DNA of 64,000 bases. It comes from Pocillopora damicornis. Its lineage: Eukaryota. The stretch's first letter is position 1; each line of letters begins with the position of its first letter. Made by a program: the position numbers and the translations under genes. The notes below the pieces were generated by a model. It was given only the letters and a program-made list of their open reading frames with translations. It was not told the DNA's origin and made no database searches. The stretch spans positions 1 to 64,000 of the forward strand of contig NW_020843386.1 of NCBI RefSeq assembly GCF_003704095.1, in the 5' to 3' direction. Positions 13,221 through 26,000 of this stretch are shown piece after piece.

Positions 13221-13824
13221 NNNNNNNNNNNNNNNNNNNNNNNNNNNNNNNNNNNNNNNNNNNNNNNNNNNNNNNNNNNNNNNNNNNNNNNNNNNNNNNN
13301 NNNNNNNNNNNNNNNNNNNNNNNNNNNNNNNNNNNNNNNNNNNNNNNNNNNNNNNNNNNNNNNNNNNNNNNNNNNNNNNNNNNNNNNNNNNNNNNNNNNN
13401 NNNNNNNNNNNNNNNNNNNNNNNNNNNNNNNNNNNNNNNNNNNNNNNNNNNNNNNNNNNNNNNNNNNNNNNNNNNNNNNNNNNNNNNNNNNNNNNNNNNN
13501 NNNNNNNNNNNNNNNNNNNNNNNNNNNNNNNNNNNNNNNNNNNNNNNNNNNNNNNNNNNNNNNNNNNNNNNNNNNNNNNNNNNNNNNNNNNNNNNNNNNN
13601 NNNNNNNNNNNNNNNNNNNNNNNNNNNNNNNNNNNNNNNNNNNNNNNNNNNNNNNNNNNNNNNNNNNNNNNNNNNNNNNNNNNNNNNNNNNNNNNNNNNN
13701 NNNNNNNNNNNNNNNNNNNNNNNNNNNNNNNNNNNNNNNNNNNNNNNNNNNNNNCTTTCATCACTGAGTTTTTCGTGTTTGGAAACCCTGATGAAACTCT
13801 TGCACTCGCTTTTAAAATAGCACT

Positions 13825-15463
13825 AAAGATGCTTGTGTCTACGAGTCCGTAAATGCACAATTTGAAAAAATTTGCTGTTTATTTGGCCATTAATAGAAAA
13901 CCAGTCTTGAACACCTGGATCTCTTTGGCAAGTTTGTCGTGGTTTTGTCGAGGTTCAATCTCTTCTTTACTCAAAGAGCTTCCGGGATAAAAAGTGCTGC
14001 GTGACAAGACAAAACAAATTTTGAAGGGGACCAGAGCACGCTATGTCACGCAGTTTTGGGCAATTTTAAAATTGACAGACTGACTTGCAAATTAGCAGTA
14101 AGAAGCTCAGTGAAGGAAAACCGCAAGCAGAAGCGCTAGTAGAGAACACAGAAAAAAGATGAAGGGCCGCTTAAACATTCTGCATGTTTTCCGTTTGTTT
14201 TTGGAGTTTTAGAAGAATGACGCATAATATCATAATGCTATAGCGGCATTTAGGAAATATTGGCTTAAGTTACCTCGCACGGATGCAATGTGTTATGACT
14301 GTTTGTTTGCTTTCAGAGGGTCGGTCAGCCGTCCGTTTCATGAAAATTAGTCTTGAAGACATAAACCTCTTTCGCGCTTCGCAAGTTTGCCGTGGTTTTG
14401 NNNNNNNNNNNNNNNNNNNNNNNNNNNNNNNNNNNNNNNNNNNNNNNNNNNNNNNNNNNNNNNNNNNNNNNNNNNNNNNNNNNNNNNNNNNNNNNNNNNN
14501 NNNNNNNNNNNNNNNNNNNNNNNNNNNNNNNNNNNNNNNNNNNNNNNNNNNNNNNNNNNNNNNNNNNNNNNNNNNNNNNNNNNNNNNNNNNNNNNNNNNN
14601 NNNNNNNNNNNNNNNNNNNNNNNNNNNNNNNNNNNNNNNNNNNNNNNNNNNNNNNNNNNNNNNNNNNNNNNNNNNNNNNNNNNNNNNNNNNNNNNNNNNN
14701 NNNNNNNNNNNNNNNNNNNNNNNNNNNNNNNNNNNNNNNNNNNNNNNNNNNNNNNNNNNNNNNNNNNNNNNNNNNNNNNNNNNNNNNNNNNNNNNNNNNN
14801 NNNNNNNNNNNNNNNNNNNNNNNNNNNNNNNNNNNNNNNNNNNNNNNNNNNNNNNNNNNNNNNNNNNNNNNNNNNNNNNNNNNNNNNNNNNNNNNNNNNN
14901 NNNNNNNNNNNNNNNNNNNNNNNNNNNNNNNNNNNNNNNNNNNNNNNNNNNNNNNNNNNNNNNNNNNNNNNNNNNNNNNNNNNNNNNNNNNNNNNNNNNN
15001 NNNNNNNNNNNNNNNNNNNNNNNNNNNNNNNNNNNNNNNNNNNNNNNNNNNNNNNNNNNNNNNNNAGGCAGTTTGCCTGCGTTGACTCTGAAGTCTGACT
15101 GGCTACTTGTGACATTTCCATTTATTCTGATTGCTCTGTTTTCACTTTGATATCACTCAATTGTATTACGATTTTTCCAAGTGTTATCAATTGAGTGTCC
15201 AAAAACCGAAACAAAAGTTATCACAACTTACTACCGATCAGAACAAATGTTACCATCATTATTGTCCAGTAAGAACAGAAAGCTTGAAGCGCGGGAAAAC
15301 GCGAGTGATCAGAGTGGGATTGATTTTTGTTCTGCATTTGACTGGTTGAAATGACGGCGCGAGTTTTCTGGTCCAATCAAAGAGCAAAGTAAAACAAAAC
15401 CGATGCAACTCAGGATCACTTTCGATTATCAATTGAAAAGTGCTCTATTCTACGTGCTAGAAT
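13825..15463 (+). repeat. Inverted duplicate of USP2-like introns 10-11 (source about 17331-18410)
   Basis: 13825-14330 is the reverse complement of about 17895-18410, including the exon 11 acceptor (ttgctttcag|agggtcggtcagc). 15067-15150 and 15414-15463 match 17331-17480. Confidence 0.82.
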
Positions 15464-15563
15464 NNNNNNNNNNNNNNNNNNNNNNNNNNNNNNNNNNNNN
15501 NNNNNNNNNNNNNNNNNNNNNNNNNNNNNNNNNNNNNNNNNNNNNNNNNNNNNNNNNNNNNNN

Positions 15564-16445
15564 AAAAAAAGAGGATTTGGGTTGCGCAACTTTCCTTTCC
15601 TTTCTTTTTGATCCGCCGCTAGCGTCCCGCAGTTTATTTTCACATTCCTTTTGGATAACCATACGTCTGAAGCTGGTTAAGTCATCTCATGAATTAACTT
15701 AACATTTAAATCAACAACAAATATAGTTATTAGTTGACTTCTGTAAGTTTCACGAAATTTCAACAAGCAGTATGCAGTCGAGATGTTGCAGTCCACAACA
15801 CAAATTACAACAAGAATATTTTCAACGTGCAATAATTTAATCAAAGTTGAAGACACTTTATTCCTATCACTCTCAAATAAATATATTACAAAATTTCTGC
15901 ACTCAAACCTCATAAATAAGACATATTTTCCTGTAAAAATTATAGCTTGTATAAACTATAGCATCTCCAGACTAGGGAAACTTTTCTACTTGACCAAGTA
16001 CCAGTCGCTATTCCAGAAAAATCTCTTTATACATTCAAAAAGATACTTTTTCAAACTAGGTGAAATAAATGAGCATAAAACCCGACTATGAAGCGTAAAA
16101 GCTGTTCTTTTATTTTCAAGAGGATAGTGACATAATCAAAACTAAAAATTCACTCTTCAATTTCATTCTTGACACCTAGGGACACCGAGACACTGATTTA
16201 AAACCATCTTGAGATTTTCATCAAATTTGAAAACAAGTCGTTGAAAGAGTTCTAAAAGGAGATGACTAAAGCGTTATGTGATACTTTGTGCAAACCAACC
16301 CAATGCTTAACGCTTTAGCTCGGTATTTCTCCTTATAATGACAACACAGTATCAAACAGACAAGCGATGAGAAAACAGAAACATATCAATGACAGGAAAA
16401 TCCGTGGTTCAAATACCAACTTCTCCTACCTCAAAGGATAATTAC
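15564..16445 (+). repeat. Third copy of the 9.95-10.82 kb block
   Basis: Collinear with about 9950-10825 (e.g. gtcatctcatgaattaa, gatttaaaaccatcttgagattttcatcaaatttg, aaataccaacttctcctac). Confidence 0.85.
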
Positions 16446-17021
16446 TAACAAGATCTTGGGAGGGTGAAAGGTTTACATGCAAAGAAATTTCGGTAGAAAA
16501 GTTTCACTAAATAGACTTGCAGAACAAGGTCACCGTCTTCTCTACTAAGAATACCCAAAATAATTTTGACTCAATACTTTTCATCATCTTCTGATCGATG
16601 TAAATTTTATCTCATCATCCAATTTCATTTCCATAATCATTACGTAACTGCTGATAGACAATGATGATAGACAATCAACGCCTACCCAGTCTCTTTCATA
16701 CCTTAATACCTAAACCCAGGAATCAAGACCATCGCAGTGCTACTGAACGAGTTGTCACACAAAAATCAATTCGGAAAAATCGCAACTTGAAAAAAAAAAA
16801 CCCTGAACGCATACGATATACAAATGCCTTACTTTAATAATGTTTTCAAGATCGACCTGCAGAAGATTTTCTCCTTCAGGATAAATGATAAAATCACCAC
16901 TCCTATCTCTAATACCCGTAGAAAAAAGATCACGCAAATGTCACGCAAGCTTTTAAGAGTCACGCTTCAAAGGATTGGGTGATACCCAGCAAATGCCAGC
17001 ATTTGTGGTTTGAACCTCATG

Positions 17022-20000
17022 TCATAGCGATGATTTTCTTTCATCTTTCTCGTAAAATAGGATGTATGCTTGTGCTCCTTGCACCCGTGATGAAGAAATT
17101 TCATCCACCCTGAAAACAAAACAAATCTCTGTTAACCTTCACAGAAAGTTCAATATTATAAACACTTAAAGAAAAATCAGAAATTTTCCGATATTTCCGC
17201 AGGCGTTCGAAAATAATCGCGAAGTGACCAGTTTGTCGCAGGGAGGAAAAATTGTCATGATTCAGTAATTTTCAGTTCGAACTGTATCCTTTTACCGTAA
17301 ACTATTTTAGACTGACATGAAATGCTGAGGATTCTAGCACGTGGAATAGAGCACTTTTCAACTGATAATCGAAAGTGATCTTGAATTGCATTAGTTATGA
17401 AAACAGAGCAATCAGAATCAAGAAAAAATGTCACAAGTAGCCAATCGGACTTCAGGGTCCACACAGGCAAACTGCCTGAAGCGCGGGAAAATACGAGTGG
17501 CCAGGCGCGCTTGGTTCTGGGTTTGTTTTCTGATTGGTTGAGAGGATGGCACGAGTTTCCTGAACCAATCACAGAACGTGACGAGGCAATACCAAAAAAA
17601 AAACTTGAATCACTGTTCGCACTCAACGAAAATTTGGGCCGAAATTTTCGGGGATAGCTGGCCCCAAAAGGCGCTTTCAATTTTGGCAACTGTTTTCTTC
17701 ATTATCAGAAAATTCTGATCTTATGTTGATGCGCAAATGAGACTTAAGCGTATCCACTTCACGTAGAAAGCAAAACTCACCGTGAATCGTTAAAGCAGTG
17801 CCACTGTTTGCTGATCGGGTGTTTACAGTAAGCCATGTAATGGCCGCCGTAGGTGCTGCCGGAATGATTCGAGACTGCGTACAAGGAGTACACCGCTGAC
17901 CGACCCTCTGAAAGCAATCAAACAATCATACCAAATGGCATCCTTGCGAGGCAACTTAAGTTAATATTTTACAAACATCTCTGTAGAATTTGCGACATGA
18001 TATTAAACTTCATTCTTCTTAGAAACTCCAAAAACAAATAGAAAACATGCAGGGATGTTTGAGTATCAAAACCCCTTCTTCTCTTTTCTGTGTTCTCTAC
18101 TAGAGCTTCTTGCAGTTTTCATTCATTGAGCTACTTACAGCTAATTTGCGAGTTAGTCTTTCAATTTAAGAATTGCCTAAAAATGCGTGACATAGCGTGA
18201 CTCTAGTCCCCTTCAAACTTGTTTTGTCTTGTCACGCAACACTTTTTTCCCCGGAAGCTCTTTGAGACAACAAGAGATTGAACGTCGACAAAACCACGAC
18301 AAACTTGTCAAAAGGGTTTTTGACTTCAAAACTGGTTTTCATTTAACAGCCAAATGAGCAGCAAATGTTGTCGAACTGTGCAAATACGGACTCGTAGACA
18401 TAAGCATCTTTTAGAAAGTTCATAAATTTATGGCTAAAACTGACAGCGCTTATTTAGCGTCCCAACAAGTTTTCGGTTTCTCGATGGCTGACGAACGTTC
18501 CAACAGAACGAAATACTCGTGAGGTTCTTACCTTGGCTGTCGGCAGCAAATTCAGAGAGATCCAGCTTAGATAAAGGGAATTCTACATTCGTCTGTAGCT
18601 TGGATCGAAAACTGAAACCTGAGAATCTTTTTAAATCTGTTTAAATGGACATTAAGGTCAAATCTCAAAATCAGAGACTGATTTCAAAAGAAATTGAAAT
18701 AAAATAATAATTAAAAAAAAAACGCTTACTTTAGACATATCTTTAACTAGATGCCCAGTTTGTTGGTAGTTAAATAAATATTAAACTAAAAAAAAAACGG
18801 TCATCAAACAAACAGCCGTTAGGTTGCTCTCTAGCGGGTTCATTGGAACCTATTTTTAGGACACTTTTAGGGACACAAACTTGGGTCCCAACTCCTCTAG
18901 CAGTACTTAATCACCTTCATTGAAGGGACACCTCTATACAGGGGACTCTTTTTCATTTCCCCCAAGAGAGCCCCCTAAACTGAGGTTCCATCGTACACAA
19001 AAACAAGACATATTGACAGAGAAAGGATACGAAGAACAAGGACTGGCGGAAATCTTTGTATTGAGAATTTCTTCGTTGATTTCCTCTTGGCCTTACACTT
19101 GTCGCAAGTCTGAGAGAGAAAAACGTATATTAAATGGCTGGAGATCGGAATTTAACTTGTGTATTATGATCAAGTATGGGTAATTGCGAAGAACAACTCC
19201 CTGAAATAAAAGGCAGTCTATGACTGCATGTACCTGCTGCTGCATTGTTTTAGAGTATAAGAGTAAAAAAGCAATGTGTTGTAAAATGGTTTAATGAACA
19301 GCTGTTGTCGATGGCAAAATTGTGACAAACGGAGGACTTGGGCTGGAAATTACTAGAATAATCACATGAATTACTCGTGCATCAGATTAATTTTAATACA
19401 ATCGCCACTTCGTACGCTCTGCGTACCTAGCAAAATGGATATACCAACTCCACTCGAATACGAAGGTAGAAGGTTCGAGCCTCATGTCTAGGAAAATCAT
19501 CAGGGAGTTTTAGATCCACGTTTGTTTCTGACTACGTGTGACCGCAAACGTCTAGGAGTCACGTGACCAGACTCTAGCGGTCACGTGCGCCGTTTGCCGT
19601 CCACGTTAGAACTTCGGGCAAGGCAGTTTCAGGAAGTTGAACTCCCCTGACGCTTTTTCTCTTCTTGTTCGAAAGTTCTCACGCATGTCCTATAATATGT
19701 GAATTGAAGTCTTTTCTTCATAACCTATCCGTTTGGGACATTAGAAAACCAATCTTTTCGCCACATTTTGTGATTGAAATGAAGGACCCCCATCCTTTGT
19801 GTGATTCAAGATGGCAGCGCTCATGTTGATTTTTTTTTCAGGTGACAGCCGACTTCGATCTAAAAAGCTGAAAGTCACGAAACCTCTAACTTCTAACCAC
19901 AAACTGCTGACCGCTGTTTGACGTTTGCGGTGAACACACCAAACGTGGATCTTAAACTCTGTCTTAATAACTATCTTCCCGCACATAAAAGAACAAACCT

Positions 20001-23000
20001 GGAAAATGGCAAGTAAAACTGAACCATAATCATTTGGGTCGCCATAATTAAGGCAACTTATTTCCTTGGAAATTACAGACAATTTTGTTTCGTACTTACT
20101 GGTCTTTCGTCGCCATCCAATACTTCCTCCTTGGTGAAGGTAAGGATACAGTCTCTAATGGTAATCTCGCTGTCATTTGCCCCACTGGATCGCCTTCCGG
20201 ACCACGATGAAGATGATAATGATGAATGGCGGGATTTCTGAAGAGAACAATACGAAATAGTCCTGTCATGGTCGCAACAATAAGAGTTTTATCTGCTGTT
20301 CTCTTCCTCAGCTAGCGTGATAGAGTAGAGTCAACGTTTTACCATTGACGACTTTACGTTTTCATAACCTGGTACCCGTTTCTCGAAAGTCCCCGTAACT
20401 TAACGGGCCCGTGACCATATTTTAACATCAAAATTTGAACGATAAACAAGCGATAACCAATCGTTTTATTTCTAAGGCTGAAAGCTTTTTTGTATGCTTT
20501 TTAAAACCTTTGAAACCCTGCATGGAATGAAAATCACAACAGCTTTACAGGCCCGTCAAGTTATCGGAACCTTCGAGAAACGGAACCCAGATTCCTAAAT
20601 AAACAACAAACACAAGAGTGATATACAAAATGAATAAATTAGGAACATAAAACTTTTATATGGCTTATTTCTTCATTGCTTATTTTCGTGACGAATAAAC
20701 ATGAAAAACACGGAACTGTTTACACTAAATTCGCGGCATGTCACTGATAGAGGTCCTCAGACGGAGTATTTTAATAGTATGGAGTATTTAATTTCGGCAT
20801 ACAACAGATAGCCCTCAAAAATTTGAAGCAAATCAGATCTGGAAGCATTAGCTTAGATATCAGTTTCCTTTATTGAACGTTTTTTGGTAAGAAAAATTGT
20901 ATGTAAAGTAATAATATGCATGTTTTTTAAAGTTTGACTTATCACAGCCAAAGAGAACTAAATATTGTTTGCTGCTAACTCTTCGTCCTAAGTACTACAT
21001 CTATCCGATTTAAGACAATTCCATTTACTAAATAGAATTGTGGCAGAGGTTCCCTAGCAGATCGACGACACTTAAGACCGCTAAGTTCTGTTTTTTTTTT
21101 CGGTTGTTACTGCTTCTTCTTTGAATCAGCTGGGCGACTTACCCTTGGTATGGGAAGTGACAAGTCCCAGAACGGGTCAAAGGTGACTGACGTGTAATCA
21201 CAATGACAACATTTCAACATGCTTTTCAACTGTCCCACGAAAAGATCTGAAACAAGAACAGCAATGAATACTTCAAACCAATCTCATGCTCCAGAACATT
21301 TTTTCTTCGTCCTGTAAATAGCAAAAATGGCATTCCTAACGATTACTAACATTTCTTGCACTGAAATTGGTTGTTTAATCTTCGTGAGACTTCAGTTTTA
21401 GAATGCAACCGTGGGTTACAAGTCTTGAATATATCTTAAAAAATACGCAACGAGGATATTTCACAAGCGCTGCAAAGTTAATATTGTTAGTGACAACTTG
21501 TCTCTTATTCTACTCAGGAGTTTCAAATTCACTAATTTTATTTTACAGGAAGAAAGCTGATATTCATTTCAAAGTAAGAGAGAACAAAAAAGGTCTTGTA
21601 CCCTTTACAAAAAAACGTCCATTTACAGGGTAATTCTATATTTAATCCGCATCGAAACAAAAAGTTGCAACTTTTAAAGCGCGCACGAACAAATCGCAAC
21701 TAAAATTATGGGCCGTCAGCATGTGCATTGCAATGTTTCCAAAGAAATAACCTCATCTGACCCACCAGTCATCCAGCTGTCATCTCGTGAAAGATAACTT
21801 TTCCATGACTTCTCTGCATTCTGTCGATGACTAAAAAACCAATTGAGAGAAAAGTAAGAAGTAATACCCACACTGTAAAAAACCATTTGCGAAATGAGGC
21901 TTTTTCGTATAAAATAACCTTATTAAATACACCACAACAGTTAACTAAAATAAAAACTCCAAACCTTCTTAAAATTCAAATCAAAGGGTAACAAATTTGC
22001 GCTGACGAAAGCTCAAAAAACAACCAACTAAACTAAGTTAAAACAAACAGCAAAAGAACTCGGAAAATGTGTACGTCAGTTTTCTATGCCAAGGTCAGAG
22101 TTCTTAGACGTAATTGGCTAATTTGTGAAATCACGCGCGCCGCGCATGGATACAACAAAAGAGTACAAAGGGGGGAGAGGAAGAGGAAACTTGTAATTTG
22201 AAATTTAAAAACGAAAAAGATTTCCCGCACACATTTCAGTTCAATTTACGAACAATTGCAAAACCTCCATCTCAAAAAAGATCTATAACACAAGGTTTGT
22301 AGAGATACCAGGTTGGCATTGATCAGTATGTATCTTCTCCATGCTGTTCTCGACACATTTCTTATGGCACTGACAAGGAGAATTTGTTGAACAATCGAGA
22401 GCTTCTTTAAATGGCGATAATATCCTTTACTCTGGTGACCTTAATGTGTGATTTGGGGGTGAGAGAAGGAGAAATTAGACACTGATCACTCTTAAAGTAC
22501 ACAAGGATGATTACCTGAGTGAGTCGTCAAATTCACAAGGGGTATACTTTGGCTTGGATTTGACTCGATTCAAGTCATCGTGAAGTCCTTCCAAAAGAAA
22601 GCGTAAAAATTCCTGTGCATCTTGTTGGCTAAATATATATAAAAAAAGTTGAATTAAAAAACTTAGAACGTCTTGTACATAATTTTACTTTTTGCAAACT
22701 GCTTTTAGACTGTGACACAAGATATTTAGTTATAATATGTATTCAGTAATGCTAATTTAAAATTGAATCCCAATTTGTTCTCATCTTAATTTAAAACATC
22801 AGCATCAACATGCTACAATTATTTTTTTTACCAGGTTTCTATTTCAGTGTTTGTAGAAGAATTTTTTTCTCTTCTTGATCACATTAAATTGCCTTCTCAT
22901 TTAATCTCTCTGTTTCAGTCATTCGTCTGTTTGTCAGTATGGAAGATAAGCATATAAAAAATGAAACAGATAGATGCCTTTCTTAATATATATAAATATA

Positions 23001-26000
23001 TATGCATGTATAGGAAAATAGTATTTATAATAACAATATTAATAATAACATTAACTTGTAATGAAATAAATTTCATTAAAATTGCAGATTCAAGCCTGTA
23101 CCTCCCACAAATCTGATGAATGGCTGATGCGCAAAACGTCAGCTTTGAAATTCTTTATGGTAGCTAATTTACGTTATCAACTCAGCTGCTAATACTAAAT
23201 TACCCTGTTATACTCTTCCACCGGCGCAGCACCACAGTTTCTTTAGAAACTTGCCCCTTTATTCTTCTCCCGCATAAAATTGGGCACTAATACTAACTGA
23301 ACTACGCAGACAGGCTTAATAGTGACAAAACAAATATTTGACTCACTTGTATCCCATAAATCGAGGGGCAAATCTTTGGATCTGAGTCTTAAAAGAATGC
23401 GGAGACACTGCATCAGTGTAACCATGCTTCCACATAGATTTGATTAGATCCGCAAAAGCTGTGTAAAAAATTGTTCAAACCAAGAGATTAAAGCCAAAAG
23501 CAACTTAAAATCATAGAATGGGGATGAGGAAATAATTTTAATTGCTAGGAAAATTGCCACTTAAATCATGGAAACTTGTAATAACTATCAAAATGCTTTC
23601 CACAATTTTTTCAAGCCAAAGCGACACTCTTACCAACAACAGGTACTCTCCAAAAGACAAATACAGCCAGATGGACATTTGTTGTAACATCACAAATTAT
23701 TTTAAGCAAACGTTCTCAAGCAGTCAAATGTTCATGATTTCAACATGATTGCTGAACACAGGTTTCCAAATTGAAAACTTTTGCTGCATTGGAAGTGACC
23801 AAGACAGAATTTCTCTTAACAATATCAATAAAATACACAGCTGATTATTGGTTGATCTGATACCAAATTCTCCAAGCTATCATGATGAGAATTGTATTGC
23901 AGAAGGTAAAGAGAATTAGGAATGAGATCTTGAGAGTGAAAGAGTTAACAAAATTACACACAGCTATGATATAATAACATTGCTGTTGCATACACTATGT
24001 GATAAAAACCAATATCATAGTTGATAATCCATCAAATATTTTTGCTTGTGCACCATTGGTCAAAACACATCTCATGACCTAATATTCCCCTCCTAAAACT
24101 GGGGGTCCTATCCAAAGATATCACTTAACTGATATTCCCCAATTTTCAAACCTTAAGTCACTGCAATAAGTTGTTTTGTGGTTGTTACAGAAGAGGGGAA
24201 ATATTTGTTTTTTTATAAATTTGTACCAGAGAACACTCAAACAAGCTTATGCAGCAAACAGTGAGCTGTTCGTAAACAATTTTTCAAGTGCATTGCAAAA
24301 TATTTGAAGGAAAATCAACACATTGTCTCTATTTTGCTTGAACACATGCTTGTAAGTTTGTCTTTGGACATTATCTGTTCCTCAAAGCACACAGTTTTCC
24401 TCCAGTTTTGCTTTTGGAAAACTGTTTGCATCTTGGAACAGATTATGTCTGTGGACAAATATCCTTGCAAATCTTTGCATCAAATAAAGGCTATTGTTTA
24501 TTTATAATAATGTCAATGGATATACCATGAATAAGCTTGCCCTTCATGGAACTGTTGCTGTTAATTATCTTCAGGTGAGAGCCTTTTGACAGTTGTTCAG
24601 TTAAGGGTTGTGTGTGACTCAAACATTGGAGGATGGAATTCATAAAACACTGCAGAAAAAGTGCACAAAATCATAAGTTGCCTTGACAAAGTTTCTCTGA
24701 GAATGTCAAAAAGTATGAAAGATTTCAATTATTTAGGATATCTGATACTGGTTGAGATCAGTTAGGTCATATCATTTCTAAAAAAATATACTTACTGTAT
24801 TTCCTAGGTTACGCAGACCAACTAACCCATCAGAACTGCCTCTTCCTGTAGGCTAAAAGATAAAACAGACATGTTTAACAGTTCCTTTCAGCAATTCATT
24901 ACACAAGAACTTCAATAATTCAAATCTGTACATAACAGAAGCTGCTAAACATTAGATAAATTCAAAATCAGAGGTTGGCAATATGCAGTGCAGAATAAAA
25001 TCAGGAGTAAAAGCATACGTTTTTCCTTGAGGACAGATTTCTTTTCACCAACAGGACCCAAAACAAACAGAAATAAACTCCCACTGTAAAAAGATATTCA
25101 CATCCAAAAGCCACGGTTTATCCCTCTCCTTGCTGATGATTCAATTTCTCATCAAAACAAGCAAATAACATAATTACAACCTCTTCTGGCAGAATGTGTT
25201 TTGCCACAAGATACATTAGAAATTTGCTCTGACAGTGAAATTAGAAAATCTGTCCTGACTCCAAAAATTACATCTAAACAGGAGAAATGGGTTTAAAAAG
25301 AAAAAAAAACCAGATAGCATTGCCATGAAAATGGAAACTTGAGTATAACAGGTATATTATTGCCAAACCTGGCAAAGTTCCATTCAAAATGAATGTAGTC
25401 ATAGGTATAAATTATATAAATAAATTAGTCATGTTTGACAGGTATTTTAATTAAACAATGTCAAAACAACTCATTCCTAAGCAGAAACATACCATGTTGA
25501 AGGCGTAAAAGAGAAAAATGGACATTCTAAACGATTTCAAAATTAGATTTATGAAAAAAAGGAAAAAAAAAGAAAAGAATTCTAGGAAGCAGATTTCAAT
25601 CCAAAAAAAAAGATGAGACAAATCGATAAATAATTAAGCATTGAAGACACTGTTTGTCTGAGTAACAAACCGTAGGTTGTTTGAAAACAATTTTTTTTGC
25701 AGTAAATTCTTTTTTTTTCCTATGGAAGCTTTAAAAATTCCAAACTAGCTTGAACAAATTTTTTTTTATCGAAATCATATACTTCAAAAAGGTCAGACTG
25801 AATCTAAATTATTTGCAGTAATCTTATCCATGACCATGACATAAAATTTCTTTGAAATTAAGTGATAACTTTAAGAAAATTTAATGTTTGATAAAAATTA
25901 AAACTCTGAAGCAAATATAATTTCTACAGTCTCATCATGTGTCTATTTTGCAATTTATCAATATGTTACAGAGAAGTAATGTCCACATAACTTCAAGCCT

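Noticed and set aside
139-15702. Long ORFs in the track composed mostly of X
   Set aside because: Artefacts of N runs with no coding evidence. The N runs also limit what can be said about 1-15.6 kb.
19410-19490. tRNA-like sequence with GGTTCGAGCC
   Set aside because: No complete cloverleaf could be folded; at most a degenerate SINE head.
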